This document shows, in pieces, positions 37,724 to 50,900 of a stretch of 64,000 bases of DNA (its first letter is position 1; the number at the start of each line of letters is the position of its first letter). The notes below the pieces were generated by a model. It did not search any database. It saw only the letters and a list, made by a program, of their open reading frames with translations, and had not been told where the DNA came from. The translations under genes and the position numbers were made by a program. Origin of the DNA: Blasia pusilla (Eukaryota); NCBI GenBank assembly GCA_050084515.1, contig CM114271.1, forward strand, positions 19,096,001 to 19,160,000, in the 5' to 3' direction.

Positions 37724-38865
37724 TAAGCCATAAACATTATTTACAATCAACTAGAATGCGAACAACATCCCACGCGTGTTGTAGTTTTACAATATTTGTA
37801 TTAGGCTCTTTAGGAGCCTACTTAGAGTGGACGGAAACTACTTAGCTTCTTTTCCAAAGAAACCTAGAGATGATAGCGAAGGGAGTCGAGCTTAAGTCTT
37901 TGAACCCATGTCTACCACTGGTTTCTCGACCTTCCCTTTTACGGCCCCTCCAAGGTTTTTTTTCTCTCCATCTGACCTATCCACGCAACACAAAAATGGT
38001 TTAAATATTTTTGTCTTGGGATGAATGTTGTTCACAAGGTGAAGAGCTAAAACTCCAAAATCATAGGCGGTTACGGCTTAAGTGGAAGTCATTTGGGCTT
38101 TTAAGGAGCGGGTTGAAATTAGGTTAAGCCCTATTAATATTGAATTGAAAATTCAATATGGGGAGTGCATAGTGAGAATTTGGGAGGTGCATGAACTCAC
38201 TACATCTTATCGATATAAAATGGAGCTAAACCCATATTGGTAGGGTTAAACATACCCTCCCAATCCCACTCAAGGTGATTCAAAGTAATATGATTTTTTT
38301 AAATGGGATTTAATTTAATTTAGGAGTAGGAGGTCGTGAGAAATGGTAGGCTACCCAGGTCTGACCTCTACTGGTGGTGACTACGGTTCTCTACTCGGGG
38401 ACTCGGGCCAGTTATCTCGCTTGAAGTTTGACCGCGGTTACGGACGCTACACCGTGGGAGGCTCACAGTAACGGAGGGCTTCTTAGGGTTGTGTTTCCCG
38501 GCCACTGTATGTCGATGGCCGAGGCGGGCAGGGCAGTATTGTCCCTTTCTCCTGAGACGTGGCTGCGGGAAGCTGGAGAGCAAGAACGATGGACACACCA
38601 CTGGAAATGCCGCGGCTATCCAGGACTTGCACTCTTCCGGGTCCAAGGATTGTGGAGATGATGATATGAAGTGGGCTGACCTTAGAGAGGAGTGCGTCCC
38701 AATCGATGATCGTACTGTACCGAAGAGGCTGGATTCTTCACTCCTTGCACGCGAATGATTCGAGCTACTGTTTTGCTGTATGACAAAGGAATGAAAGTGT
38801 AATTGATGAGTGCAGGAGGTCCCGATCGAGCACATGCTTTCGCCCGGAGCCCCGGATCCCAGCAC

Positions 38866-39090
38866 ATGGCTCGTTGCCGAAAGGATTGCATAGTTTACGC
38901 CGTTGTGTTCTTCCTTGTGAATCATTGTATTTTTGCGACGCTTGGACGAGCGATACAGCCAGCGTTTGGGTTCAATGGCGTCCTCTCCGATCCGCTTCGG
39001 TCGCCAGTTACCTTCTCTTCATCTAGTCTCCAATCTCGACGAGGGCTAGCACTAGCGCCTGCGTCCAGAAATTCCTCAACCGTCAACTAG
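38866..39090 (+). CDS. Candidate small secreted peptide precursor (74 aa)
   Basis: MARCRKDCIVYAVVFFLVNHCIFATLGRA reads like a signal peptide; RRGL lies near the C-terminus. No homology support. Confidence 0.25.
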   Translation: MARCRKDCIVYAVVFFLVNHCIFATLGRAIQPAFGFNGVLSDPLRSPVTFSSSSLQSRRGLALAPASRNSSTVN

Positions 39091-40623
39091 CCAAATCCTT
39101 CGGGCCAGAACTATATTCCAGCTTCTGGCAATGAGAAGGTGAGGAGGAGTAGGAGGCTAGAGCTGCTTCACGATAGGGGAAACAATTTTTCAATGTGTAC
39201 AGTGCTCTTCCCATTTTCGTCCTTCCGCAGCATTTTCAGTAATATTCGGATTATCCGAGTCTAGATTCAAGTACCAATACATCTTCCAGCCTTGTTCACT
39301 TCTCCTAACTTCATCCATCGCCACGGATTCGAAACGCTGGCTTCCTCATTCGTGTTGAATCCCTGAATGCCTTTTCTGGCGAGCTACCACGCGCGCTCGG
39401 TTGATTGCAAACTACTTGTGACTAATAAAACGCGGCTGCACCAGTACCACGTCGTCGCCAACGTACACATCCCTTGATGCTCCTCGAGTTCTCATCATCA
39501 CTTGTATATGAAAACTCTCCGTCGAAATACATTCACTGCCTCCTAAATCTAAGGAGATGGCTTCCTTCCCGTTCTGGACGACAAAGGCACTTAACTACGA
39601 AGTTCAGACATCTTTCAGACACGTAAGTCGAGAGGTACAATGTTTAGGGTAAGTTAAAATGTAATAATTTTTCTTGATGTTTACTATGAAATTATACGTA
39701 TAGAATAATATGAAACTCGATGAGCTATAGCTTAAACGGTTTGCTACACAGAGAATCCATGAAACGATTCGCTGATTTCCATTCATTTAGCGTCGAGATT
39801 CAATGGAAATATTGCCAAGGCTAGGTATGCCCTCCAAATGCTTTAAAGGAAGGGACTTTCGAGCCAGTGCTATGGAAGGCTTTGACAGAGGTCAACCGCA
39901 GTAGACCCATTATTTTATTCTTGCCAAGCACTCGAATCGAATCTGACTGCGGAAGGCAGCTGCACCCACGATGAGGACCACCAGTTGACTCGTCACACAT
40001 CCATCCATGAACACATGATATGAAAAGTCATCGCAGGTAAACGCGAGGGCTGTGTGTCCAGTAATTGAAAGACTTACAACAAACAAATCAAGCGACCGAA
40101 TAGTCAATTACCAAATAATACTTGTGACTAATTCTGAACGATCGATGGTCAGTACGATCAGCACTATTTCTCCAGCTACAGCCCATCGGCAAGCCGGAAG
40201 GATTGACTTGTACAGTTTGGAGCGAGTCGTAGAGCATATCAAACGAGAAGCTTGTAATGAGGGCCGCAGTTATTGTGCAGAGCAGAGCAGTGCCGGCGCC
40301 GGCGCAAGATCCCAAGGGGGTTGCAACGAAGGGAGGGAGCGGCTGTCAACTACAGCAGTGATCGATGGACTCGGGCCCCCGCCTCCTCTGCAGCAGGTCG
40401 TATCAAGTGTTGACATGTTGTCTCGTGCGACTCCGAGGTGGACGTCGGAATCACAGAGGCTTCAGTTTGCGTTCGCCGCTGTAGACGACTTATTTAATGA
40501 AATATTCGCGATGAAGATCATGATCGATGTCATATGGATGCCAAGCTCCACGAGCTCGAGGAAGAAATAGGAGGTCTGTTCGTTCCCGGCGTCAAGGATT
40601 GGAGTTTATGACCTTATCTATGA

Positions 40624-40631
40624 TATATAAA
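40624..40631 (+). promoter_or_regulatory. Probable TATA box of the expansin gene
   Basis: TATATAAA about 230 bp upstream of the ATG. Confidence 0.55.
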
Positions 40632-40856
40632 TGTCTGCTCTGCACTCCCTGGAGAACTCACGGTCTGGGAAATTAGCTTGCGCGCGGTCGAGCACTTTCG
40701 GAGCTCGAGCCGATACTTCCTTCTCTCTCGAACTCGGGGAATTGAACTTCATAATGAGTACTTCTTACGACATTTAGTACTGCGTGCTGCAAGGTGGTCG
40801 ATAAGCCCAACTACTCCATTTTTCAATATCGATCGCGATCTTGCAGCTCAAGAGGA

Positions 40857-42987
40857 ATGTTGATATCGATGTCCTCGATTAATTACCTGGCAGTGGTCCA
40901 GGTAGTAGCCATCTGTGTATTGTTTCTCGGCGATTATGCGAGTGTCGTGGATGGCCAGCAAGCATGGCAGGTCACAAGCTGGACTCCTTCTCATGTGACG
41001 TTTTACGGCGAAATGAGTGGTGCATCAACGATGGGTACGTGATCACAACATTTCCGCCGCTATCCCTTCTATAAAGTTTGTATTGGAATCTGTTTTAGCC
41101 TCGATAAAAGCTGTGAAAACACTCTGTGCATCTCTACAGCTGCTGGCTCATCCGATCAAGCAGACACGTCTGGTAGTGCTCAGAATGGAGCGTGCTCCAA
41201 ATGCGCATGTCCGTTGCATGCCGTTGCTTCGTTCATCTAGAAAATTTAAAGAAAGTGGAGGTAGTAGCTATACTGAGATCGAAGCTAGCATATGGCCAAC
41301 ACTGAGCTGCGTAGGCTATGGATACTTAAGTCGATATCTACGACTAAGTTATATCCATGTGACTCAAGAATGTGGCTCAAGATTACAAGTGTACTCATTC
41401 GAACTATCTGCATCTATTGCAGATGCTAGAAAAAGAGAACTCCTGAATTCTTCTGTAGGTATACACAGAGGTAGATATCAGTCCCATCGAATTCAATTTG
41501 GATAACGGTCGCAGTCGCTGAACTCTTTATGTGGGTATGTACTTGCAGGTGGTGCGTGTGGGTATGGAAACCTTTGGTGGCGTGGGTATGGGCTGAACAC
41601 AGCTGCCTTGAGTCAAACACTGTTTAACAACGGGCTCACTTGCGGAGCATGCTTTCAGATCAAGTGCGATGTCGCTTCAGGAACATACAGCACCAGGTGG
41701 TGCTGGGCTAACTCCCCAAGCATCACAATTACTGCCACAAATCTTTGTCCTCCGAATTGGGCCAGACCGACCAATGATGGAGGATGGTGTAATCCACCCA
41801 GAACCCACTTCGACCTGCCCGTGGTTATGTTCCAGCGTCTTGCAGACACTGTCGCTGGAATTATTCCCGTCCAGTATCGCAGGTACAGCTCTTTAAATTT
41901 CATATCTTCTTCCGGAGCTCATCTTCATGAATAGTTTGTGGTCCCTTCGAATTCCTTTAACTCCAGTCTAAATTATGCTAGCGCCGATCGTGATTGCTCA
42001 CTCCATTATCCTAGCCCATTCATTCAATTTGCGAGTGCGTGTAAGAAAAACCATATTCCTCCACTTCAACAGATCCTGGATTCTAGTTCTGATTCGACTT
42101 TGATCTTGCTCCAAAACGTGGGCTACCTCGAAAGCTCCGAACAGTCGTCTACAGACAATCAAGAAAACCAGCCTGCTGCGCTTGTTGGTGTGTCCAGTAG
42201 GGCATGCATCCATGCTTAGCCTAGAAAGAGGACAGAAGGTGAATGCTCATAACATGTCCGCAATTTAGCTTTCCTTTCTGGGTAGTGCTGGGAAAATGCA
42301 TCTACATTACCAATTCAAATGGAGACTCCGATCCAGGCTATGAGCGTGAGAATTTAGGAAATTTGGTCGATGCTCTCCGCATGATATGAAGTGACACACA
42401 CGGTGGGAGGCCATCAACAGCCAAGAGTTCATTCACAATTCTAATCAAGTCGATAAATGTATACATCTCCCTTGAACTAATCATACACATAGCCACGGCC
42501 AACACGACATACGGGATATATATCGGTCGGGACGTCCAGTGCGATTTTATTTTGTACTACAATAGCTCACATATGTTCTCTCCAGAATCCTTCCTCGCCA
42601 CCGATATCGACCCATTGATCTGCTGAGTGCCGAGCTATTTTATGTGTAACTTGTTCTCTGACTCCCTTTCTTGGCCGCAGAGTGCCATGCGTGAAGACGG
42701 GAGGCATCCGATTTTTTCTGAGCGGAAATCCGTGGTTCAATCTCGTCCTGGTCTACAACGTCGCCGGAGGCGGTGATGTGCAGGCGATGCGAATGAAAGG
42801 GGATCAAACCAATTGGTACAGCATGACGCAGAACTGGGGCCAATACTGGCAATGCTCCTACCGATTGACCGGTCAGGTCCTTTCCTTCATGGTGACTTTG
42901 GGCAACGGACAAGTTCTGGTGGCTAACAACGTCAGTTCGGCTGTCTGGTACACCGGACAGACTTACGAAGCGTCGTCAAATTTCTGA
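40857..42987 (+). CDS. EXPA: Alpha-expansin, 3 exons (40857-41034, 41549-41882, 42681-42987), 272 aa
   Basis: Signal peptide, [70 protein letters not shown] and M.QNWGQ.W. GT-AG introns at the conserved EXPA positions (phase 1 and 2) give an open 819-nt CDS. Alternative ATG at 40869. Confidence 0.97.
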
Positions 42988-45900
42988 TGCGGAATGGTCG
43001 ACCGGCTTTCGCTACCATGACCAGAGGCCGGCGATGCATCAGCAGGCCCGGCATTGTAGCTTGCTTGCCACATGCACGAATCGATCTGCTGATCTTGAGC
43101 GACTGAGGCTGCCATCAAAGAGAGCGCGATTGCATCAGGGTTCGATCGAGGAGATGGATCTAGAAAGCTATCATACACGCTGAAGATCCTTATTAGTTAC
43201 TACTGGTAATCGTATATACGTACTAAGCGCATCGATCCATCGATCGATATATACATACATATATATATACTTGTGCTACTCTAGGTAGCTAGGAAATTAA
43301 CTTAATCGAAGCTTTTAGTGAATTATCGCCACATCGTGTACATGTTAGCATGAGTCCTGTAAAAATAGCTGACCTGATTCCGATCCATGCCCAAGACAGC
43401 TAGCTACTGACATGCGTTAGTTTTTAATATTAGTCAGATGTCGAATTCATCCATCTTGACGGAGACCTTTGCTATTGTCTTACTTCAATTCGATTTCGAG
43501 TTTCGAATGTACGTGGAAACAGGACACGTGAGAAGGATGACTGTCCAGATCATAGAAGCGGAACGTTAGGACTGCCCTGTCCAGTTTTCACAGTCGGAGA
43601 CTTGGTTTATGGTCACTTGCTAGTCGACCGACGAGCATTTTTGTTTATTAATTCCAGCAATCTTATTATGCCGCTGGCTTACGACCGATCGGCAAATGGG
43701 GCGAATCCAATGGTTTCTACATGTATGTTCAGACGTTGATTTTCCTCATAATCACAGGATCTCTGGATCCGACCGGACCCCGAGTCCGCATTCTTCGATG
43801 GAGTCTATACTTCGCAGATTCGAAGACTCCCAGGCCTTTGTGGTGATGGCGATTGATATCGAGCAGACCTCCGGCGACCTCTACTACGATGGTAAGATAG
43901 ATCGAAGCTAGCATGCGTGAATGTCATGAACGTCTAGTTTGTAGGTCTCCGAGTTGTTCGCTCGCCAAGTTACAGAGGCGGTGGAAATACTTGGAGCGGT
44001 CGATCGATCACCGGTTCTCGAGCGCGACTCGATGGCACAAAAGTTCGGCATGCATCTCAATCAGTTCAGTAGACCTCAAAACTTTGCCCATTTCTATGGT
44101 TCATTCAGATGCAAGACATTCAAGATCTACACTGCTCGTTTGGTTTGGTTTCGTTTCAATCTATCACCTCTGCATCCCGGAGGCGAGCACAATGCTGTGT
44201 TACTGATCATGATCGCCCGCCATCGGTGTCCGCCGTGTAGAGCCCTCGTGACTGTACCGTCGGGGCTTCGTCGACCCGGGAATCGTAGATGTTCCATAGG
44301 TGCTGAGGTGAGAGCCGCCACAGGTGAGTGTGTACATCGGGCTAATCCATGGAAACCGAGTCATTCTCGTGACGCTGGTGGGATTTCTAGACCCGTGCGT
44401 TGTTATCTGTTCGAATATCTGTGCGTACGTATGCGTGCCATCACAACGTGATAGCTAGCTAACTACCCTTCGAATGGATCCCATTTCGCCAAAATTTCTC
44501 AAGTTTCGGGTGCGAGAGCATTTTTCCTACCCGGAAAGTGCTCCCATTCGGTAGGAGATAGGTAGGTATCTCCCAAGTAAAGCTGCGGAGATTCGTCCAT
44601 GTGCAGTCGACGTGAATCGAAATTAAGCGTACACGCTCGTTCTCATGATCGCGGGAAGCGTGAAGTAGAATACTCGCGTCATCCCAACCTCACTCGCCGC
44701 TCACGTACGCGCGAGCGGCACCCACGGATTCGAGACGGGAAGCTTCCAGCTATGCCGCAGGATGGATTGCTGTGTGAGGCATACGGCATGGACGGATACT
44801 CCTTGCGAAGTCTGTTTCTATGAAGGTAGAAATACGCACAGAGCGCGCATTATCCATGGAAGACTTTATCCAGCGAGAAAGTAGCTGGGACTATACATTC
44901 CAGTATCAAAGCTGCCATGTCGTGCATGCATCGGCCATCCGATTAAAAGCATATTCATGATTGTGCATCAGACACTGACGCATTTGTGTTTACGACGGAG
45001 ATAATCCGTGAATTGTAGAACAAGCGAGTTCTCCGGTCGCGCCGATATCCTGATCATGGTAGAGAACAGGCGCACTCCCCAAGCACATCCGGAAAGCTTT
45101 AGGGCTCTATCGGACATGTGCAAAAGCATCTGCGAGCTGGCGTTTGCGGCACGGACTGCGCTCGTGGATAGACGCCTCCGGGCGGGCAAGTATAGAAGAA
45201 CTCAGATAAATTCCAGAATCTAACATCGGTGCTGGATCACAGATACCCCATTGAGACTCCGATCCTGATGGCACAGTTACCAGTGATTCTCTACCTTTTG
45301 CTTCGCGAGGAATGTAAATAGTATCTGCGCATACAATCGACGAAACAAATATTCAGCCCGGCCCTATGCATAAAAGTGAAGTATCGATCAGTGTGTAGTT
45401 CTTGAACTTGTGGAGAGAGCATAAGACAAAGTGGGAAAAAAAGTGGATGGGTGCAAGAGTCAGAAAAGCGGGACGTGTAAACTTGTGCATACGATTATAG
45501 GACTCGGAAGATGAAGTATAAAGCTGTTGTGAAATGATTGGATCAGAAACCAGATTTAAGAATATTTGAGACCAAGAGAGAAGACATGTTAACAGGTCAC
45601 AGGGTTCAGTCGAACAAGGAGCTACATCAGATGCATCACACATCACAGTAATCATTTTAGAGACTTTTCTGGCTTGGAAATAATTCAAGCGGGAGAATTT
45701 CACATTCACACTATATGAGAGTGTCTCCTCCTCTCATATGGTACCTTCTTCACTTGTTCCTCTCTCTACACCCATCCCAAGCACCGTCCAACCAGGGGGC
45801 GGGGTCTATGGTCGCAAGGCTACGACAGGCACCACTTAATGAGTACAGTCTCTCTCTCACGCGTCTGCTCTTCTGATCAGCAGCGCCTACTCCTCAGTCT

Positions 45901-48788
45901 CCTCTCTCTCGTCACTGCTCCTTCAAGAACCTGTGTCCTTCTCTCTCTAAACGAACAACCTCTCTAGAGATACGAGTTCTTTTTTTTTACTATGCTTCAC
46001 TCTTCTATCCGGTTGAATTCAATCTCTACTATAACACTACCCCTTCAATCTGATCGGATCGCTCTACATAAGAAGACACATTCTTTCGTCAGAAAAAATT
46101 GCCATTCCTTGTGATATGAGTCATGCGATCCATGGCTTACGATTAAAAGCCAAGGAGAAATTGTGAAAGAAAAGCCGTAGGATGTTGCACTTTATGACAA
46201 GGCATATTCAGAGAATCAAAGAAAATATGCACATCCGTGCTACCAAAGATTTTACTATCCCCATAAACCAAGCTAACCCTATGATTCAAATTAAAGTCGA
46301 AAATTAAAGTCTAAAGAGAAATTAATTAAACCCCATAAACCAAGCCAAACCCTATGAGCAAAACAGGTTCATGACTCAATAACTCCAATTTAGAGGGACA
46401 CGTATACACTTACTATATTCGGGAAGAAGAGGTGAAGAAGGAAACATGCCCATTCCCAGCTCTTGGTAAGTCGGATAGTATTCTAAATTTTCACTTACAG
46501 AGGTGCTACTTTGTGGGTTCGCAAATAATTGGAGGAAGTATTGGAGAACCCGGTGGAGAGAGGAGCCTGTGAAGACGGTAGAAAGAGCAAGTGAAAACCT
46601 CTGTTGCGAGCTTGCAACTCTCAATTAAATCTGGTATTTTTCTATTATATCTACATAGAAATGACGAATTAAAAGCACGCATAGCCCCGTCAGAACTTCA
46701 CAATCGTGAAGTTCTGGAAAGAAGATCAGTATAGTAGCTGGAAAGAGGTTTTCAGAAAAGTCTATCAGCATCGTGTATGCGCCTTGTATGCAGAATGTTG
46801 TATAAGCTTACATGTGTCAATGGCATAAATTTTGTTCTGCTTTACAGTTGTGAGGAAATATTCTGCTCCTTCTCCGTTGGGGAATATTTTTCGTTGTGTA
46901 CATTTTTATCCGGACTTCTGAAGTCCATCTCCGCACATGCTTCCACTCACTGTCAGGGCCCATTTTATCAGTGCAATTTTGTGATCAGCTATTCAAACTG
47001 AGTTCTATATCAGGTCCAACGGAGTGTAGGGAAACAGAAAATTGAAGTCGTCGTATTGTGGACCTTCATGAAGATTAAGAAATCGGACTCAACAAGACAT
47101 CCCTAGGATCGGAGGTAAGAGGAGGCTGAAGAGCTAACTAACAACCTCCAAAACCAAGACCTAAAGGAAAAGAAAAGGGAACCCTAAACCAACTCCCTTC
47201 ATCATCTGCGGGAATATGATTAGCAGAAAGACCAGAAGTAGTGTGGCGTTGGCACAATGCTGCGTGCGCAAACCCGAGAAAGGTAAAAGTAGCACTCTTC
47301 CTTTTCTTGTATCAACTCCAATTGTTCTACTCGTAGACATAAGGATTTGTGATACGTGACTCGTCTAATTATTGTCTTAAAAAGTAGTGCGTACGTTGGA
47401 TTCTTCGTAGTTTAGGATTCCTAACAATGTAATTATTTTTTGCTTCTTAACGTAGATTTGAGCCTTGCAATTGATGCGTGTGTCGGTGCAACCTAGAGAG
47501 GCTTCTTCCCATATGAGCTCAATGCAAATTGCAACCTCGACAACTGTACCTCTCTTTCTTCTTTCTTCTTTAAGGTTCGTTCCACCTTCTCCTCTTACAC
47601 AATTGGGTCCCCGATGATTCCCGGCCCCGACCGACATCCACTCCCCATACTCCGAAACCCGCATCCGAACCTCCTACGACTCGTCATCTTTCTTCATGAT
47701 TGTCCCGCGATTCAAATTGGAATCATTTCCGATACTGGTGGGGCGCTTCAGATCCGAAGCACCCGATCTTCGTGCTTCCCGTTCGCATCTCCTACAGATC
47801 CTGTGGGACGTCCCTCGAATATAGTCTATAGCTCATGATCGTTCATCAAATAACTCTAGCCTCGATTTTCGCCTCTTTGGTTTGTCCCCGGCGAGGACCT
47901 AAACATGTACCTTCAAGATCTGCTCCAGAAAGCATAGCATTGGACACTCTATGAAGTCTTGGTAGACTCTCGTCCGCGTAGAATCCCCAAGTCTCTAACC
48001 CGCAATGATCGGAACTTTCAAAGCCGGAAATAGCAATGCGGTTTTGGATCTTTGCAGAATTGCTGCGAACAAATGTCTCCTTTTAAACCAAAGTGACGCC
48101 TTCAACAGTGGTGAGTTATTACGAAGATTCAATTGCTTGTAAATTATTCCATGGTTTTAACCTGTTCTACATTCTGAGCCTCGGCATACTTCCCAAACCC
48201 CAGCGCGCCGTAGTTACACGTTTTGAATCCTCCACAACATATGTAGCTCTGAACTGTTCCATTTTGGCCACTGTCTTCCTCCGATGGTAGCATGGCTAAT
48301 TCCAGAGGTGAGTGAAAAAGCCGTGAATCCTTGCTGCAAATCAAAACGTGCGGAAAATATCCCAACACTTATTAGTACGTACGCAATCCTCGCGCCATTT
48401 TGACGATCCAGAAGGAAGCCTCCAACTTGTACGGCTCCGCGAACGATTGCACTCGTCGAGCTTGACATCGATTGGATTGATCTCAGTCGGACCGATTGAC
48501 GTGTTCCGGAGTCTGCGTAAGGCACAACAACAAGCACAATCGAACGTTGAACATTCCCTTCAGACGGAGCTCGATGACCTGCAGCTGGATACAACGCACC
48601 GAAACTCAATCAGCTCATGTCTGGAATCATTCGCGAGCCCCACGCTGCAGATTACGAAACGGCCGACGGTAGCCGCAGGGCCGAGCTCGTTCCAAAGCGC
48701 CGTAAATGGTAAGATACGCAGGTGGTTCGAATGACTTTCACAACGACCAGCTTCAACGTAGTTTCGCGCCTGGCATCCGGACTCGCAC

Positions 48789-48857
48789 TCCGCCCTGCGC
48801 TATGCACGGAGGATTGACTCATGCGCCCTGCGCTATGTGCGCTGGATTGACTCATGC
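48789..48857. repeat. Short tandem duplication (~33 bp x2)
   Basis: CGCCCTGCGCTATG..CG..GGATTGACTCATG occurs twice. Confidence 0.8.
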
Positions 48858-50429
48858 GTTGAAGGACCCCATGGGAAACAGGCGAGGTGGGGACGGACGG
48901 AAGGGCCTACACGGAATCTGAAGTGAGCGCAGCCCAGAGATGCTCGGTGGCTTGGTGGGGCTAAGTTCAACGAACCGAATAAATAAATGAGGGCCGGGTG
49001 CAGTAGAAACAAGAAATTAAATGGACTATATGCAGAGTATATCGATCCGCTCGTTCCCCGCGTGAACGGGAAGGGGTGGGGGTGGGGGGGAGACTCGCGT
49101 TGAGTCCTACTTGCATCATTGCGGGGAGAACTTTGCAAAATAGCTGCGATCACAATTCCTCCATGTTGATTGATCTCGGTCTTCTCTGGTGTCTCTTGCA
49201 AGGGAAGAAACTCCTAGTCTCGAGGATGGGGGAGGAAGGGAGAAGATGCGGTATGCAATGAGAGTCTCCCTGTCCGGTCCTGAGTGAGGCGTTTGAATCT
49301 AGGCGTCGAGAACCGGACTCTGTAATGGACGTTCGTTGGAACTCGAATCCGCGTAAGCTGTCGTCGTCGCAGCTCCAGCTGTACAGCTTCGTAACCGCCG
49401 ACGATCTTCGAGGTCCGCATCTCCAGGCGAGGCTGAAGCAGGGGAAGACCCCCTGTGCATGTAGCCAGACGGCACAGGCTTGTCTTGACGCTTTTCGCGA
49501 GCGTCGAAGGTGCGTCCGAAGATTATGATGATGTTCGAGCGAGAATAGTCAGCACTTGTCAAGAGACTGCGAGAGCTCACCGTTAGAAATTAATGGTCCA
49601 GCCACTCATCCTGACAGCGCGGAAGCCGGGAGTGGAAGCAAGAAGATGCGGATCATGGAAGGGGATATCCAGCAGAAATCCAGCAACGTACAGTTTGCAA
49701 CAGTGAAGGCAGCCGCAATGGGACTTCCGAAAAGCGCAGATGCGGATCTTGGCAGAGGATATCCAGCAGAAACGCAGCTCACCACTGTTCGTAACGGTAA
49801 AGGCAGCCTAAATGGGTTTGGAATAGATCGAGCTAAGTCAGCGGTAGGAGCCCACCCCGCCATACCAGGCGCACAAACGGGGGACTTCACCCCCCACCCC
49901 AAAACCAGACCATAGAATCAAAACGCCTCTGTCCACAATCTGCCAAGCGCTTCAAAACCTCGCGCTCCATAGGGACCCCTCGGAACTATGAAAGTGGGGG
50001 GATCAGACCAAGTTTAGCACAGACAAAGTCAGCAGATTCTGCAGCCCAACCAGGCGGAGGTGATTTTAACTCTCTGGTCTATGAAACGCTGATAGCCGGA
50101 CTCGACCTAGTATCAAACCATGTCAGCAGATTCTTAATTCCACGTACCATTTAAAGAGCGGGCAGTTCCAACCTCCCCTCACTAGTCAAACGTAGCCCGA
50201 TCGAATGCCCCTCTCAAAGACCCCTTCTTCCTTTTCTGGTCATGTTGTGGCCTTCAGGTTTTGACTCTTTGAGTCCCCCTCTTTTGTACTTCCGATGGGT
50301 TTTCCATCACTCGTTTTTATCGAAGTGCATCTTCCTTTTCTCAAAGACCCTAAACTCCTGCTCGCCAGGCCGACGATGCACCATAACGGCCGACAACAAC
50401 CGCAGGGGCCGACCGGTTCTGCCCGAACA

Positions 50430-50900
50430 TCATCAATGTTCGGGCAGAACCGGGGTTACGTGTTGAGCTAGCCGGGAGAATTTGGAAACTGCCGATTCTG
50501 AAGTACCGGCCAAAAACCAATGTGCGGGGAGAACGGGGGTTACGTGTTGAGCTGGCCGGAAGAATCTGAGAATTTCCGATTCAGGTCGTCATTTACCGGC
50601 CAAAAACCGAAGGTTCAGGGAGGGTGTCCTTTGTATTCGTACCTGTATAGCCGGCTGGAATGAAGAAAACTTCGAAAATTGCCGCTCGGGTTTGTAGAGA
50701 CCGGAAATCTACCGGCTGTCACGAAAAAACTCCCGGGACCCTGCCAAAAACCGACGGTATAGGGAGGTCCTCCTTTGTATTTGTGTCTCTTTAGCCGACC
50801 CGAAGGAGGAAAATTTCAAATTTTGCCGTTCGGTTTTGGGCCGCCTTTCTTACAGACCGGAAATATACCGGTTCTCTCGGGAAAACTACCCGGACCGTGT
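50430..50900. repeat. Degenerate CCGG-rich tandem duplications (~85-bp and ~145-bp units)
   Basis: GGGGTTACGTGTTGAGCT.GCCGG x2, CCAAAAACC x3, AGGGAGG..TCCTTTGTATT x2 and AGACCGGAAAT.TACCGG x2. Confidence 0.7.

Noticed and set aside
40052-40570. 172-aa ORF upstream of the expansin promoter
   Set aside because: Non-ATG start, no recognisable motif, and located in the promoter region.
41017-41505. 162-aa ORF overlapping the expansin
   Set aside because: Lies almost entirely within intron 1 and shows no homology.
48400-48640. miR159/319-like precursor (CTGAAGGGA and GAGCTCC on the - strand)
   Set aside because: No full mature miRNA match and no convincing long hairpin.
43000-50200. Many 60-170 aa ORFs downstream of the expansin
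   Set aside because: No recognisable domains, overlapping frames on both strands and no consistent exon structure. An unrecognised gene or lncRNA cannot be excluded.
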